Part shown: positions 42,005 through 51,415 of the stretch, piece by piece
Position numbering within the stretch: position 1 is the first letter of the stretch
Layout of the letters: each line of letters opens with the position of its first letter
Assembly: GCA_030054135.1 (NCBI GenBank)
Contig: JASGCN010000002.1
Location: 21,484-85,483, forward strand
Direction: 5' to 3'
Length of the DNA: 64,000 nucleotides
Source: Alphaproteobacteria bacterium
GTDB lineage: Bacteria > Patescibacteriota > Minisyncoccia > Phycocordibacterales > JABAAK01
Translations under genes and position numbers: made by a program
Notes under the pieces: model-generated
Seen by the model: the letters and a program-made list of their open reading frames with translations, nothing else
What the model was told of the DNA's origin: nothing
Databases searched by the model: none

Positions 42005-42523
42005 ATGAAAATGAAAAAATTCCTTTATATAGTATTTTTTGTAACCACAGTATATCTCGCATTTTCTTTAATAGTTAACTGGTTGGATAATACGGGTACA
42101 ATATTATTTGATATAGGAGTATTGATAGTGTCTGCAATACTCACCAGAATTTTGTATGCAGCAACTATTGTTGCAAGCATTCAAGATTCAATATCAAATA
42201 TGATATTTATTAATATCATAAAAATATTAAAAACACCGCAATTTAAAGAATCTGTTTTTTGGACATACACAGATGAACAAAAAAAAATAATCTGCAACAA
42301 TATAGGAGAACTTGTGCATAAAAAAACAATTCTTGTAATTGATGATATGTTACAAAATTCTAAAGAAATGAAAGAAAAATTTCGTTCACTCATTGAAAAA
42401 AATGATGATAAAAAAATTCTTCATTTTTTTCAAAATGATATGTTGGATTTTTCAAAAGGGTCTTTCATATTCGATAATTTTTTAGAAGAATTAATTACAA
42501 ATACTATTTCAAAGTATTTGTAA
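42005..42523 (+). CDS. Hypothetical membrane protein (start at MKMKKF)
   Basis: ORF track 41954..42523, upstream part overlaps conserved leader so start trimmed. Confidence 0.45.
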   Translation: MKMKKFLYIVFFVTTVYLAFSLIVNWLDNTGTILFDIGVLIVSAILTRILYAATIVASIQDSISNMIFINIIKILKTPQFKESVFWTYTDEQKKIICNNIGELVHKKTILVIDDMLQNSKEMKEKFRSLIEKNDDKKILHFFQNDMLDFSKGSFIFDNFLEELITNTISKYL

Positions 42524-42532
42524 CAAAGACCA

Positions 42533-42568
42533 AACAACCAGAAAAACATATTTTCTGGTTGTTTTTTT
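42533..42568 (+). terminator. Rho-independent terminator (AAACAACCAGAAAA-CATA-TTTTCTGGTTGTTT + T)
   Basis: Hairpin plus T run. Confidence 0.6.
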
Positions 42569-42618
42569 GTGTCAAAAGTAATATTGTGTACACAACAATA
42601 TAGAAACAAATCAAGTGC

Positions 42619-42647
42619 TTGACATCATTTTTTATTCTCTGTAGTAT
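42619..42647 (+). promoter_or_regulatory. Promoter TTGACA-N17-TAGTAT placed 5 nt upstream of ATG (leaderless mRNA)
   Basis: Read directly; ATG at 42653. Confidence 0.5.
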
Positions 42648-42652
42648 TAGGT

Positions 42653-43300
42653 ATGTTTCGTGCTATACATATCGCGCTGGTAGTAATTATTATCTCATCG
42701 TTTGTTTTGTTTCTTTTCATAAAAAGGGCAGAATCTCCAACACCAGTTTCAATAACAACAGAAAATGCAGGAAATACAGTAGAATTAAACACGCAAGAGG
42801 AAAGTAGTTTTGTTGATCTTATTCCAAAAAACTATCCTTCTCAGAAAAATATAACAACCACAAACTATGTAGGACTACCAAAAATTTCAAACGAAAAAAA
42901 TCTTACCATCTCAACAAATGCTCAGACAACACAACAGGTAACACCAACCACTGCATCACCAGTACCTTCTATAACAAAAAAAATGAGCGGGTATTTTACA
43001 TATACAAAAGAACTACTGTCATTAGCTGAAGACACAAGTGCAGTTGTTATTTTTTTTCACGCAACATGGTGCCCAACATGTAGATCATTAGATAGAAACA
43101 TCCGTGAAAATATTAAAAACATACCAGCACATGTTACAATTCTTGATCTTGATTATGATTCACAAGAAGGGAAAGAACTTAGAAAAAAATATGGAGTAAC
43201 ATATCAGCATACATTTGTGCAAGTACACAGTGACGGCAGCCAAATTACAAAATGGTCTGGTTCACCCACACTTGAAAGTCTGCTAAAAAATATAAAATAA
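42653..43300 (+). CDS. Membrane-anchored thioredoxin-fold protein (WCPTC active site) with Thr-rich linker
   Basis: VIFFHATWCPTCRSLD thioredoxin-like CxxC motif. Confidence 0.75.
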   Translation: MFRAIHIALVVIIISSFVLFLFIKRAESPTPVSITTENAGNTVELNTQEESSFVDLIPKNYPSQKNITTTNYVGLPKISNEKNLTISTNAQTTQQVTPTTASPVPSITKKMSGYFTYTKELLSLAEDTSAVVIFFHATWCPTCRSLDRNIRENIKNIPAHVTILDLDYDSQEGKELRKKYGVTYQHTFVQVHSDGSQITKWSGSPTLESLLKNIK

Positions 43301-43301
43301 C

Positions 43302-43523
43302 ATGCACACCAAAAATAATAGTATGCGATTAACTGTTATTATAGATGGGGTTCAGCATGTTTTTGTTATTCCTCAAGGAGTAGACGTTACATTTGAATTT
43401 AAAAACTCACCGAACAATCCAATGATACCTGCACGACGTATGGCTTATATTGAAAAAAGAGAAAAAGCAATTAATACATTTCTTGATCAAGTGACAAAAC
43501 AAATGAAGAGAAAGAAAAAATAA
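43302..43523 (+). CDS. Hypothetical small protein (73 aa)
   Basis: ORF track; tightly packed between trx-like and rsmI. Confidence 0.4.
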   Translation: MHTKNNSMRLTVIIDGVQHVFVIPQGVDVTFEFKNSPNNPMIPARRMAYIEKREKAINTFLDQVTKQMKRKKK

Positions 43524-43524
43524 T

Positions 43525-44217
43525 ATGGGCATACTATACATAGTAGCTACACCAATTGGTAATTTATCAGACATCACTTTTCGAGCAGTGGATATATTAA
43601 AAAAAGTATCTGCCATATATTGTGAAAATCCTCGTGTCACTAAAAAACTTACCACCCACTATTCAATGTCTGCAAAATTATATACGTACAACGCACATTC
43701 TTCTTCACGTGTTCTTAACTATGCGATTAAACTTCTTGAAAGCGGGGAAGATGTAGCTTTAGTTAGTGATGCAGGAACACCAACTATTTCAGATCCAGGA
43801 GTTCGTTTTGTGCGAGGTATTCGGGCAGAACTTCCAGATGTGTCTATCATTGCAATTCCGGGCCCTTCAGCTTTAGTGAGTGCACTTTCTATTTCTGGGG
43901 CACCGGCGAGCGAATTTATTTTTTATGGGTTTTTACCACAAAAAAAAGGTCGTTCTGCTTTGATAAAAGAAATTGCAGAACAAAGTCGCACTTCTGTGTT
44001 ATACGAAGGGCCACACAGATTGCTGAAAACACTAGAAGCATTTTCAGAGTGTCTTGATCCATTGCGAGAGGTTGCAGTCGCTCGCGAACTTACAAAAATA
44101 CACGAAGAATGTATTGTTGGAAATATCGCGTATGTACTTTCGTACTATACAGCCAATCCAGATCGCGTGCGTGGAGAATGTGTCATTATTATTTCTTCAT
44201 TGTATACACGAGTGTAA
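43525..44217 (+). CDS. rsmI: 16S rRNA (cytidine1402-2'-O)-methyltransferase RsmI (tetrapyrrole-methylase fold)
   Basis: MGILYIVATPIGNLSDITFRAVDIL...IYCE N-terminal signature. Confidence 0.8.
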   Translation: MGILYIVATPIGNLSDITFRAVDILKKVSAIYCENPRVTKKLTTHYSMSAKLYTYNAHSSSRVLNYAIKLLESGEDVALVSDAGTPTISDPGVRFVRGIRAELPDVSIIAIPGPSALVSALSISGAPASEFIFYGFLPQKKGRSALIKEIAEQSRTSVLYEGPHRLLKTLEAFSECLDPLREVAVARELTKIHEECIVGNIAYVLSYYTANPDRVRGECVIIISSLYTRV

Positions 44218-44269
44218 CCAGGGGTGCCATTAATCGCTACATAATATTTCTGTGTGATATACTGTGTAT

Positions 44270-44416
44270 ATGTATACTCGACAAATAGCCTACATGGGTG
44301 TGTTTTATATTATTCTTGCGTATTTATTTTTGCCATATCTATGGGTGCGTGTTCTTATGGCATTGGGTGGGGTTCTGCTTCTATATATTGCCTACAAACA
44401 ATACAAAAAAAAGTAA
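44270..44416 (+). CDS. Possible 48-aa two-TM membrane peptide (MYTRQIAYMGVFYIILAYLFLPYLWVRVLMALGGVLLLYIAYKQYKKK)
   Basis: Hand-translated; below ORF-track size cutoff; hydrophobic with basic C-tail. Confidence 0.25.
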   Translation: MYTRQIAYMGVFYIILAYLFLPYLWVRVLMALGGVLLLYIAYKQYKKK

Positions 44417-44476
44417 ATACAACATGTGCAGAGTAAACACGCTATACTACAAGTGATACAAGATTGATGTAGATAT

Positions 44477-44788
44477 ATGAAAGATATTACCTATTTAGGA
44501 GAAAGCAATGCACGTGGAGAACGTATTCGTTTTGGCATAAAAGAAGAAGATCGTGCACGACACATGTATATTATTGGGCAAACTGGTACAGGTAAATCAA
44601 CGCTCATCGAAAACATGGTGATACAAGATATCGTTAATGGAAAAGGATGCATTTGTCAAAAAAATTCTTCTTATCGATCTTTCAAAAGGGACCATAGGGG
44701 AAACAAATGCAAAAATGTTAGGAGTATTGTTTACCACGAAAGTGTATCTTGCTGCACTTTCTCGTGCAGATGTATCTACCAAGAATAA
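44477..44788 (+). pseudogene. Internally deleted, 3'-truncated duplicate of the P-loop ATPase gene at 46826 (first ~180 coding nt identical, then junction to a segment ~47518-47640 with 1-bp indel)
   Basis: 44436-44656 identical to 46785-47005 (including 40 bp upstream of ATG); 44657-44782 ~95% identical to 47518-47640. Confidence 0.7.
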
Positions 44789-44836
44789 CAACTGATTCTA
44801 AAAAACATAAATTTTTGTGATATACTTCTCTATAAT

Positions 44837-45352
44837 ATGAAAAAATATATATTTTATATATTGTCTATAATAATTATATTAATTATATTCTCTCTTTGGG
44901 GGGAAAAATCTCAAAATAATAATTATTTTTTTATGAAATTATTACTCAATCAGTCACCAGAATATGTTGAAAAAATACTTGGCCACCCGGATACAGTGAT
45001 AAAACTAACTGATGATTGTTTTGACTTGAAAATACCACTTTGCGCAACAACTACCTACCAAAACAAAAAATTTGAAGTTGATTATTATGATGGTTTATTA
45101 AAAACCATAGTAATAAATGGGCTTGACGATCAAGCATACAATAGCTCTTTTATTGAAAAAATAGATTTTTCTGGTAAACCATTAATAAACAACTTTTATA
45201 ATATTCGCTGGGACACTACCACACTTCTTGAGGCAGGAATAAAGGAAATTGTGATTTTTCCAAAAAAAGACGACGCTTATTTTATAAGATACGCGATGAT
45301 ATTTGTCGACAAAGAATATAACAAACCATTTCTCTTAATGGAAAAAAAATAA
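44837..45352 (+). CDS. Hypothetical protein with N-terminal signal anchor (171 aa)
   Basis: ORF track; very AT-rich; convergent with SIR2-like gene. Confidence 0.45.
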   Translation: MKKYIFYILSIIIILIIFSLWGEKSQNNNYFFMKLLLNQSPEYVEKILGHPDTVIKLTDDCFDLKIPLCATTTYQNKKFEVDYYDGLLKTIVINGLDDQAYNSSFIEKIDFSGKPLINNFYNIRWDTTTLLEAGIKEIVIFPKKDDAYFIRYAMIFVDKEYNKPFLLMEKK

Positions 45353-45369
45353 GGTTCTATAGGAGTTAT

Positions 45370-46575
45370 CTATCTTGGTATATAAAAATTCTTGTTATCA
45401 AATGGTGCATACACAATCTGTGGTCTATTTTTGTCACCAACATCATACTTAATTGAAATTGAAGAATCTATATAGTCGTTTACATATTTTTTATATTTCG
45501 CATAATCTTCTAGAGGACACTGGATATGAAATTTTAACTGTTGCAATTGTGAACTACTATGCAACAATATACCAATAATGTCTTGATCTACATCTTTATT
45601 TGAAAAAGGAAACGAATATCCTATAATAACAACATCGGTGTATTGACTAGATTGTGCTGCAGTAAGATTTTTGGCATCTTTTCCAGACCATAAGAATTTA
45701 CTCAATTTTGTATTCCTGTTTTTTGAAGAATTTTCCCATGCAAAATTAATAAGTGATATGGTCCCACGTGGGTTCAAAAGCATATTAGTCCATTCTTTAA
45801 TAAATGTATCTAGTGATAATGAATTAAATCTTAACGGATATAGCTCAGTTACATTGCCATTTATTTTATAATGTTGCTTGTTATATATAAGTGATCTAGT
45901 GAGAGTTAGTGGTTTTGGATAAATAATAGGATCATTTTGTAATTTATTAAAAGCAATTTCTAATTGACCATCATAATTCCAACTGATAATTTTAATATTT
46001 TTTGGAAATTTTGGTTTCATTTCTTTATTCCCGCAAATATCAAGTAAAAAATTAATATACCGCTGGTCTTGGCTGGTTTTATTTGGGATATTTTTTTCAT
46101 TATTTTTTTGATATGCACTATAAAAGCGACACAAAATTTCAATCACTTTAAGTTTTTCTTTATCTTGTTCTGGTTTTAAAACATTTACTAGATAATTTTG
46201 TAAATCAAAGCAATTCGATTTTTTCTCCCGTACACCCTCAAAATGATTAAAAATGTCTTTGTCGGAGCATGATTCTTCAAAATAAAAAAATAATGCAAGA
46301 ATTAATTTATATTTGCGATATATATCTGAATTATTTGTAAAATATAAAAATTTAAAATAAGTATCGACTGTTTTATGTTCTTTTATTTCATTGATAAAAG
46401 CAAGATAATCAGATAAAAAATCATTAATATCTTGAGATGTTTGTTCATTATGATGCAGCTCGAATTTCAAAAATGCCCACAATAACTCTAATCGCTCTAC
46501 CATCTCATTAACACAAGGAATTGCATTAGCACTTGCCCCAGCACCAAGCCAATATAATATATTTTTATTTGCCAT
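45370..46575 (-). CDS. SIR2-like (SIR2_2 / DHS-like NAD-binding fold) domain protein, 401 aa
   Basis: N-terminal ILYWLGAGASANAIP (GAGxS), central KIISWNYDGQLE (NYD motif), C-terminal VVIIGYSFPFSNKDVDQDI (GYSFxD-like) match the SIR2_2 family pattern. Confidence 0.55.
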   Translation of the reverse strand: MANKNILYWLGAGASANAIPCVNEMVERLELLWAFLKFELHHNEQTSQDINDFLSDYLAFINEIKEHKTVDTYFKFLYFTNNSDIYRKYKLILALFFYFEESCSDKDIFNHFEGVREKKSNCFDLQNYLVNVLKPEQDKEKLKVIEILCRFYSAYQKNNEKNIPNKTSQDQRYINFLLDICGNKEMKPKFPKNIKIISWNYDGQLEIAFNKLQNDPIIYPKPLTLTRSLIYNKQHYKINGNVTELYPLRFNSLSLDTFIKEWTNMLLNPRGTISLINFAWENSSKNRNTKLSKFLWSGKDAKNLTAAQSSQYTDVVIIGYSFPFSNKDVDQDIIGILLHSSSQLQQLKFHIQCPLEDYAKYKKYVNDYIDSSISIKYDVGDKNRPQIVYAPFDNKNFYIPR

Positions 46576-46825
46576 ATATGGTGTAGTATATCATTCTCAC
46601 AAAATGTGGGTGCATTGAGTGCGGAACAAAAAAATAACAATTAAGCAACTATCATGACTTACATATTATAATGATATTGGAATTTCTTCTGTCGCACCAC
46701 CACAACGCATATAGTAGTGTTACCCCGTGCGAGTGTTTAGACACTTTCAGCGATATAAGTAGATTTTATAGATAATAATGATACAACACGCTATACTACA
46801 AGTGATACAAGATTGATGTAGATAT

Positions 46826-48790
46826 ATGAAAGATATTACCTATTTAGGAGAAAGCAATGCACGTGGAGAACGTATTCGTTTTGGCATAAAAGAAGAAGAT
46901 CGTGCACGACACATGTATATTATTGGGCAAACTGGTACAGGTAAATCAACGCTCATCGAAAACATGGTGATACAAGATATCGTTAATGGAAAAGGATGCA
47001 TTTGTATGGATCCACACGGACAAACAGTGGAACAGATTCTTGAATATATTCCAGAGTATCGCTTGAAAGATGTTATTTATTTTGCTCCACACGATCAATC
47101 ATTTCCTATTGGACTCAATATCATGGAAGATGTTGGGTACGATAAACGGCACTTAGTAGTGAGTAGCTTACTTTCTGCATTTGCAAAAATATGGGGAGAA
47201 AATTCATGGTCTGATAGAATGGAAAATATTCTTTCAAATACATTATTAGCGTTGCTTGAATTCCCAAACACAACACTTCTTGATGTTGGGCGTATGTATT
47301 CAAGTAAACAATTTAGAAAAGAAGTGGTAGATAACATAAAAGATCCACAGGTGAAACAATTTTGGACAGAAGAATTTGCAGCGTATACCGAACGATATGC
47401 AGCTGAAGCAACTCCCGCTATTCAAAACAAATTAGGACAGTTCACATCAAACCCAATTATTAGAAACATTGTTGGCCAAGTAGACAGCGCTTTTAATTTT
47501 AGACAAGTGATGGATGATAAAAAAATTCTTCTTATCAATCTTTCAAAGGGAACTATAGGGGAAACAAATGCAAAAATGTTAGGAGTATTGTTTACCACAA
47601 AAGTGTATCTTGCTGCACTTTCTCGTGCAGATGTATCTACTCAAGAGCTTGCAGCACTTCCTCCATGTACCTTTTATGTTGACGAATTTCAATCATTTGC
47701 GAGTTCAACATTTGCAGGTATTTTGTCTGAAGCTCGTAAGTATAAACTACATTTAGTAATTGCACACCAATACATTGATCAACTTGAAGAAGAAGTACGC
47801 AATGCAGTGTTTGGAAACATTCCTACCATTATTGCATTTCGGTTAGGGCCACTTGATGGTGAGTTTATGGAAAGAATATTTTCTCCAGTGTTTGAAGAAA
47901 AAGATATCATAACATTGCCACGATATTCTATGTATTTAACACTCTGCATCGATGGGGCAGGATCGAGACCGTTTTCCGCTCGATCGTTGCCGCCTCCACC
48001 TCTGCCTGTACGCTCTATTCGAAATGAAGTACTATCGTACTCTCGAGAACAGTACACAACACCTCGTGAAGAAGTAGAGGAACGTATTAATGCTCGCCTT
48101 ACGCAATATGCAAAAAATGTACCCCCTCCTCAAAGACCAGTAGCACAAAATAATTTTAATAACCCCACTAATGAAAGAAATTATGGTGTGCACAACAATC
48201 AAAGATCATACATGCAAGCCTCTTCTTCGTATGAATCTAATACTCCTCCCCAAATGCGACAGGTTCCTCCCATGCCCCAACACACTGGGGTTTCAGCCAC
48301 TGTGGGTACAGTCGAATCAGATGCTAACAAAACTATTATGATTCGTTCAAAAGTAGCAAGGCGCGCTACTCGTGTTGGTACTGGTAGACGAGTAGAAGAT
48401 ACAACAGGTGTGAATATAAAAAAAACAACTAGAACACCTCCATTGTCGGATATCCCTCGTGCCACACTGCTTAAAAAAACTACAACTGTTAAAAAGAAGG
48501 AAGTTGCCAAAGCAGAAACCAAAGTATTGGATAATGGTATTGAAACAGTATCGCAAAAAAAACCAATACAAAAGAATATAGTAAAATCACGGGTTAAAAA
48601 AGTATCACCATCAGTGGATATCTCTCCGGTATCTCCCGTACAAGATAAAATATTAACGGAAGTATTAAAAAAATTACAATCTCATCCAGAACATCTAAAA
48701 AAGTCTACGCCATTGTTTGCGCCACCAACAGGGAGAGAAGAAGGATGGGTCTCTCTTAGTGATGTGTTAAAAAAAGAAAACGAACTATAG
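46826..48790 (+). CDS. FtsK/HerA/TraD-superfamily P-loop ATPase (TrwB/VirD4-like nucleotide-binding domain), soluble, with ~250-aa Pro-rich disordered C-terminal tail
   Basis: Walker A IIGQTGTGKST at residue ~35 followed by DPHGQ; Walker B-like CTFYVDEFQSFAS; KYKLHLVIAHQ; low-complexity tail. Confidence 0.5.
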   Translation: MKDITYLGESNARGERIRFGIKEEDRARHMYIIGQTGTGKSTLIENMVIQDIVNGKGCICMDPHGQTVEQILEYIPEYRLKDVIYFAPHDQSFPIGLNIMEDVGYDKRHLVVSSLLSAFAKIWGENSWSDRMENILSNTLLALLEFPNTTLLDVGRMYSSKQFRKEVVDNIKDPQVKQFWTEEFAAYTERYAAEATPAIQNKLGQFTSNPIIRNIVGQVDSAFNFRQVMDDKKILLINLSKGTIGETNAKMLGVLFTTKVYLAALSRADVSTQELAALPPCTFYVDEFQSFASSTFAGILSEARKYKLHLVIAHQYIDQLEEEVRNAVFGNIPTIIAFRLGPLDGEFMERIFSPVFEEKDIITLPRYSMYLTLCIDGAGSRPFSARSLPPPPLPVRSIRNEVLSYSREQYTTPREEVEERINARLTQYAKNVPPPQRPVAQNNFNNPTNERNYGVHNNQRSYMQASSSYESNTPPQMRQVPPMPQHTGVSATVGTVESDANKTIMIRSKVARRATRVGTGRRVEDTTGVNIKKTTRTPPLSDIPRATLLKKTTTVKKKEVAKAETKVLDNGIETVSQKKPIQKNIVKSRVKKVSPSVDISPVSPVQDKILTEVLKKLQSHPEHLKKSTPLFAPPTGREEGWVSLSDVLKKENEL

Positions 48791-48804
48791 ATGATTCAAT
48801 TATT

Positions 48805-49770
48805 TTAATCTAAGTATTTCCACAAATGTATAAATTGTATTGGGTCAATTGAAAGTCCACGCACTTTGATACTGAGATGTAGATGTGGGGCAAAAGAATA
48901 TCCTGTGTTTCCAGAGAAGCCAATGACATCCCCTTTTTTCACTTTTGTGTGTACAGGAGTTTTGATTGAGGATAAATGTAAGTATAAACTTTGCACACCT
49001 CCTCCGTGGTCTACCACAACGGTAGTGCCGTAATTTCTAAATGTACCAGTGTAGATAACTGTGCCATGGTGAATGCTCACTATTGGGGTTCCAATTCGTG
49101 CACGAAAATCCACTCCTTTGTGTGAAAGTACTTGCCCAACAATATTTCGTCCATACCCAAATGTGTCCGTAATAATAGGAACATCTGTGGGGTATCTAAA
49201 TGCATCTTTCCAGTACGGAGATGGATTGCTCGGAAGTGTGCTTAATAGTAGGTTGTCTTTTGCGAGTGTAGTGATGAGAGTATTTTTTGCTTGTACAGTA
49301 TTACCACCGAGGGTTGTAGGGATATTAAAGTGATACACGGGTTTGTATCTTGCTGCTAGTGTGAAAGAAACGTGTGTTTCTTTCCTATTCCAAAATGTTG
49401 CGTGGAGTATGCGTGTGCCGGGGGTTTCGTTTAAATCAAATGGAATAAGAATTGCAGGGCGTTTGTGTATAGTAATAACACGAAGAGGAGTGCTTTTTTC
49501 ATTAAACGTTAGTGTTACTTTTGCGATATGATTTATACGAACAGTGTCATCAAAACGCACGAGTAGAGTTTCTCCTTGATTGGGGGTGAGAGAGGAGAGA
49601 ATAATGTGAGGGGACTGTTGAGAAATATTTTTTTTTAATACATCTAACAGTGTTATAGTGTGTGCGGTGTATATATGTGTAAAAAAAATAATAAGAAACA
49701 CTGCACATAGCAATCCTAGTTTAGAGTACAAAGTCATACTGCATAATATCAGTTTTTCAATGGGGTACAA
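48805..49770 (-). CDS. M23 (LytM-type) peptidase family protein
   Basis: HKGVDFRARIGTPIVSIHHGTV...VDHGGG...GNTGYSFAPHLHLSI M23 motifs. Confidence 0.85.
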   Translation of the reverse strand: MYPIEKLILCSMTLYSKLGLLCAVFLIIFFTHIYTAHTITLLDVLKKNISQQSPHIILSSLTPNQGETLLVRFDDTVRINHIAKVTLTFNEKSTPLRVITIHKRPAILIPFDLNETPGTRILHATFWNRKETHVSFTLAARYKPVYHFNIPTTLGGNTVQAKNTLITTLAKDNLLLSTLPSNPSPYWKDAFRYPTDVPIITDTFGYGRNIVGQVLSHKGVDFRARIGTPIVSIHHGTVIYTGTFRNYGTTVVVDHGGGVQSLYLHLSSIKTPVHTKVKKGDVIGFSGNTGYSFAPHLHLSIKVRGLSIDPIQFIHLWKYLD

Positions 49771-49772
49771 AA

Positions 49773-49799
49773 AAGTCTCCCGTAGGGGAGACTTTTTTG
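49773..49799. terminator. Bidirectional intrinsic terminator (A6-GTCTCCCC-TACG-GGGAGAC-T6)
   Basis: Hairpin flanked by A-run and T-run; lies downstream of minus-strand gene 49840-50547. Confidence 0.55.
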
Positions 49800-49839
49800 T
49801 TCTGCACCTCTCTATTCTATATAAGCGTCCTTATATATG

Positions 49840-50547
49840 TTATTGAGTTCGTACAGGAGCTTCTTTTCTTTTTTCTCTCTCAACAGATTTGATCACTTGT
49901 TGAGGTTTTTTATTTTCGTATATTTTTGGATTTTCTTTTACTTTTGCAGCATATATAGCAAACTCTTCTTGAGTCAGTACTTTTTTATTTGTACCTTTTA
50001 TTGCTTCAGTATACGCGGCGTAGTTATTTGCATTGATAGCTGCAAATAGCTTATCTCCAGTTTCTTTTTTTGTTGCTTTAGATATTGCTAGAGCATCAAA
50101 TTCAGATTGAGTAAGTATGTTTCTGTTTGTACCTTTTGTGGCCTCAAGATATGCAGTGTAGTCTTTCGCCATAACTGCAGCGTGTATTTTATCACCATCT
50201 GTTCTTTTAGTAACAAAGGCTTTAAAATCAGTTTCACTGATCGGCTTAAGACCAGCAGCAGTTGCTGTAGAAACATAAAGAGCATAATCATTTTTAGCAA
50301 ATGCAGCCTCTATATTTTTTGCTGTACTAGCAGAAACAGTATTTTGTACCGTTTTTCTAACAATTGTGTCGTCTTTTTTATTTCCAGCAAAAAAGTTTTT
50401 TGCACTGGCCATAAAAGATTTTTTTTCTGTTCCGTCAGTCTTTTTTTCAACCTGAGCGTGCACATGAGTAGATGTAAATAACATAGACCCTGCGATAAGC
50501 ACACATGTGCTTACAATAAGAGATGTATGTTTATATGTAGTTGTCAT
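49840..50547 (-). CDS. Secreted repeat protein (three ~45-aa repeats ...AAINANNYAAYTEAIKGTNKKVLTQEEF...)
   Basis: Signal peptide; internal repeats read directly. Confidence 0.5.
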   Translation of the reverse strand: MTTTYKHTSLIVSTCVLIAGSMLFTSTHVHAQVEKKTDGTEKKSFMASAKNFFAGNKKDDTIVRKTVQNTVSASTAKNIEAAFAKNDYALYVSTATAAGLKPISETDFKAFVTKRTDGDKIHAAVMAKDYTAYLEATKGTNRNILTQSEFDALAISKATKKETGDKLFAAINANNYAAYTEAIKGTNKKVLTQEEFAIYAAKVKENPKIYENKKPQQVIKSVEREKRKEAPVRTQ

Positions 50548-50642
50548 AAATGTATTGTATGTGTATGGAATTATAAGTAATAATCATAGAGAGTTTGACT
50601 CCCCACACCTATACATACGCAGTGTAGGTGATTATCTTACAG

Positions 50643-51413
50643 TTACTTGCAGTATGGATTGCGTGTTGCAGATCGCTCAATAAAAGCATTTCTTTTTGCT
50701 TTCGTATCAGCACGATGCATTGGTTTTTCTTCAAAAGCACGAGAAAGAGCAGGGGAGATATCACAAGCAAGAAACACTCCTTCATTTATTTTTTCTCCAA
50801 ACACTCGCACAGGAAGATGTTGCACAAGACTAATAGTATCAATTATGTCTAATGCTTCAAAACGCACCGTCCATTGTCTTCCTAGTCTATCGTGTAACAC
50901 AATATACTCTTCAGCTATGGTATCTATTTCTCCCACAAGAGTTCCTCGTTCAGGATTATTAAGCGCTCGTTCAATGTGTGCTTCTGGACGCTCCCAATGT
51001 TTTTGAAAAAGAATCTTTTCACGAACAGTGGGGAACACATATCCAACAAGTGCCAGTATGACGCATATAATGAGTGTACTTCCTATTATTGTATACAATG
51101 TTGGGCGGTATCCTTTGTTGGTGTATCTAAAGGCAATGTATATGCATACACACAGTGCTATGTATATAAGTATCCACCATACAGGAAATATACGAAAGAA
51201 ATATTCAATACTGGTAACATCACTTAACCGAATATCGTACCATCCGCCATCTATTGCTATAGTAAAAGACAATGACAGGTACAGTCCTGCGTATAGTGTT
51301 GTGATCGCGAGGACTCCCCATATGAACACATTGCGTGCTATAAACAATGCACGAGGAATGCGCTTCACAGAAGCGAGAGCATTAACTAATTTTTTTGGGG
51401 GGTTTTTTGTCAT
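50643..51413 (-). CDS. Polytopic membrane protein, putative anti-sigma factor (translationally coupled downstream of ECF sigma gene)
   Basis: Start overlaps sigma gene stop; multiple TM helices; C-terminal soluble domain. Confidence 0.4.
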   Translation of the reverse strand: MTKNPPKKLVNALASVKRIPRALFIARNVFIWGVLAITTLYAGLYLSLSFTIAIDGGWYDIRLSDVTSIEYFFRIFPVWWILIYIALCVCIYIAFRYTNKGYRPTLYTIIGSTLIICVILALVGYVFPTVREKILFQKHWERPEAHIERALNNPERGTLVGEIDTIAEEYIVLHDRLGRQWTVRFEALDIIDTISLVQHLPVRVFGEKINEGVFLACDISPALSRAFEEKPMHRADTKAKRNAFIERSATRNPYCK

Positions 51414-51415
51414 AC

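Noticed and set aside
44254-44436. 60-aa ORF 44254..44436 from the track
   Set aside because: The frame is Cys/Tyr-rich and low-complexity. An overlapping frame (44270-44416) encodes a more plausible 2-TM peptide. Neither is strongly supported.
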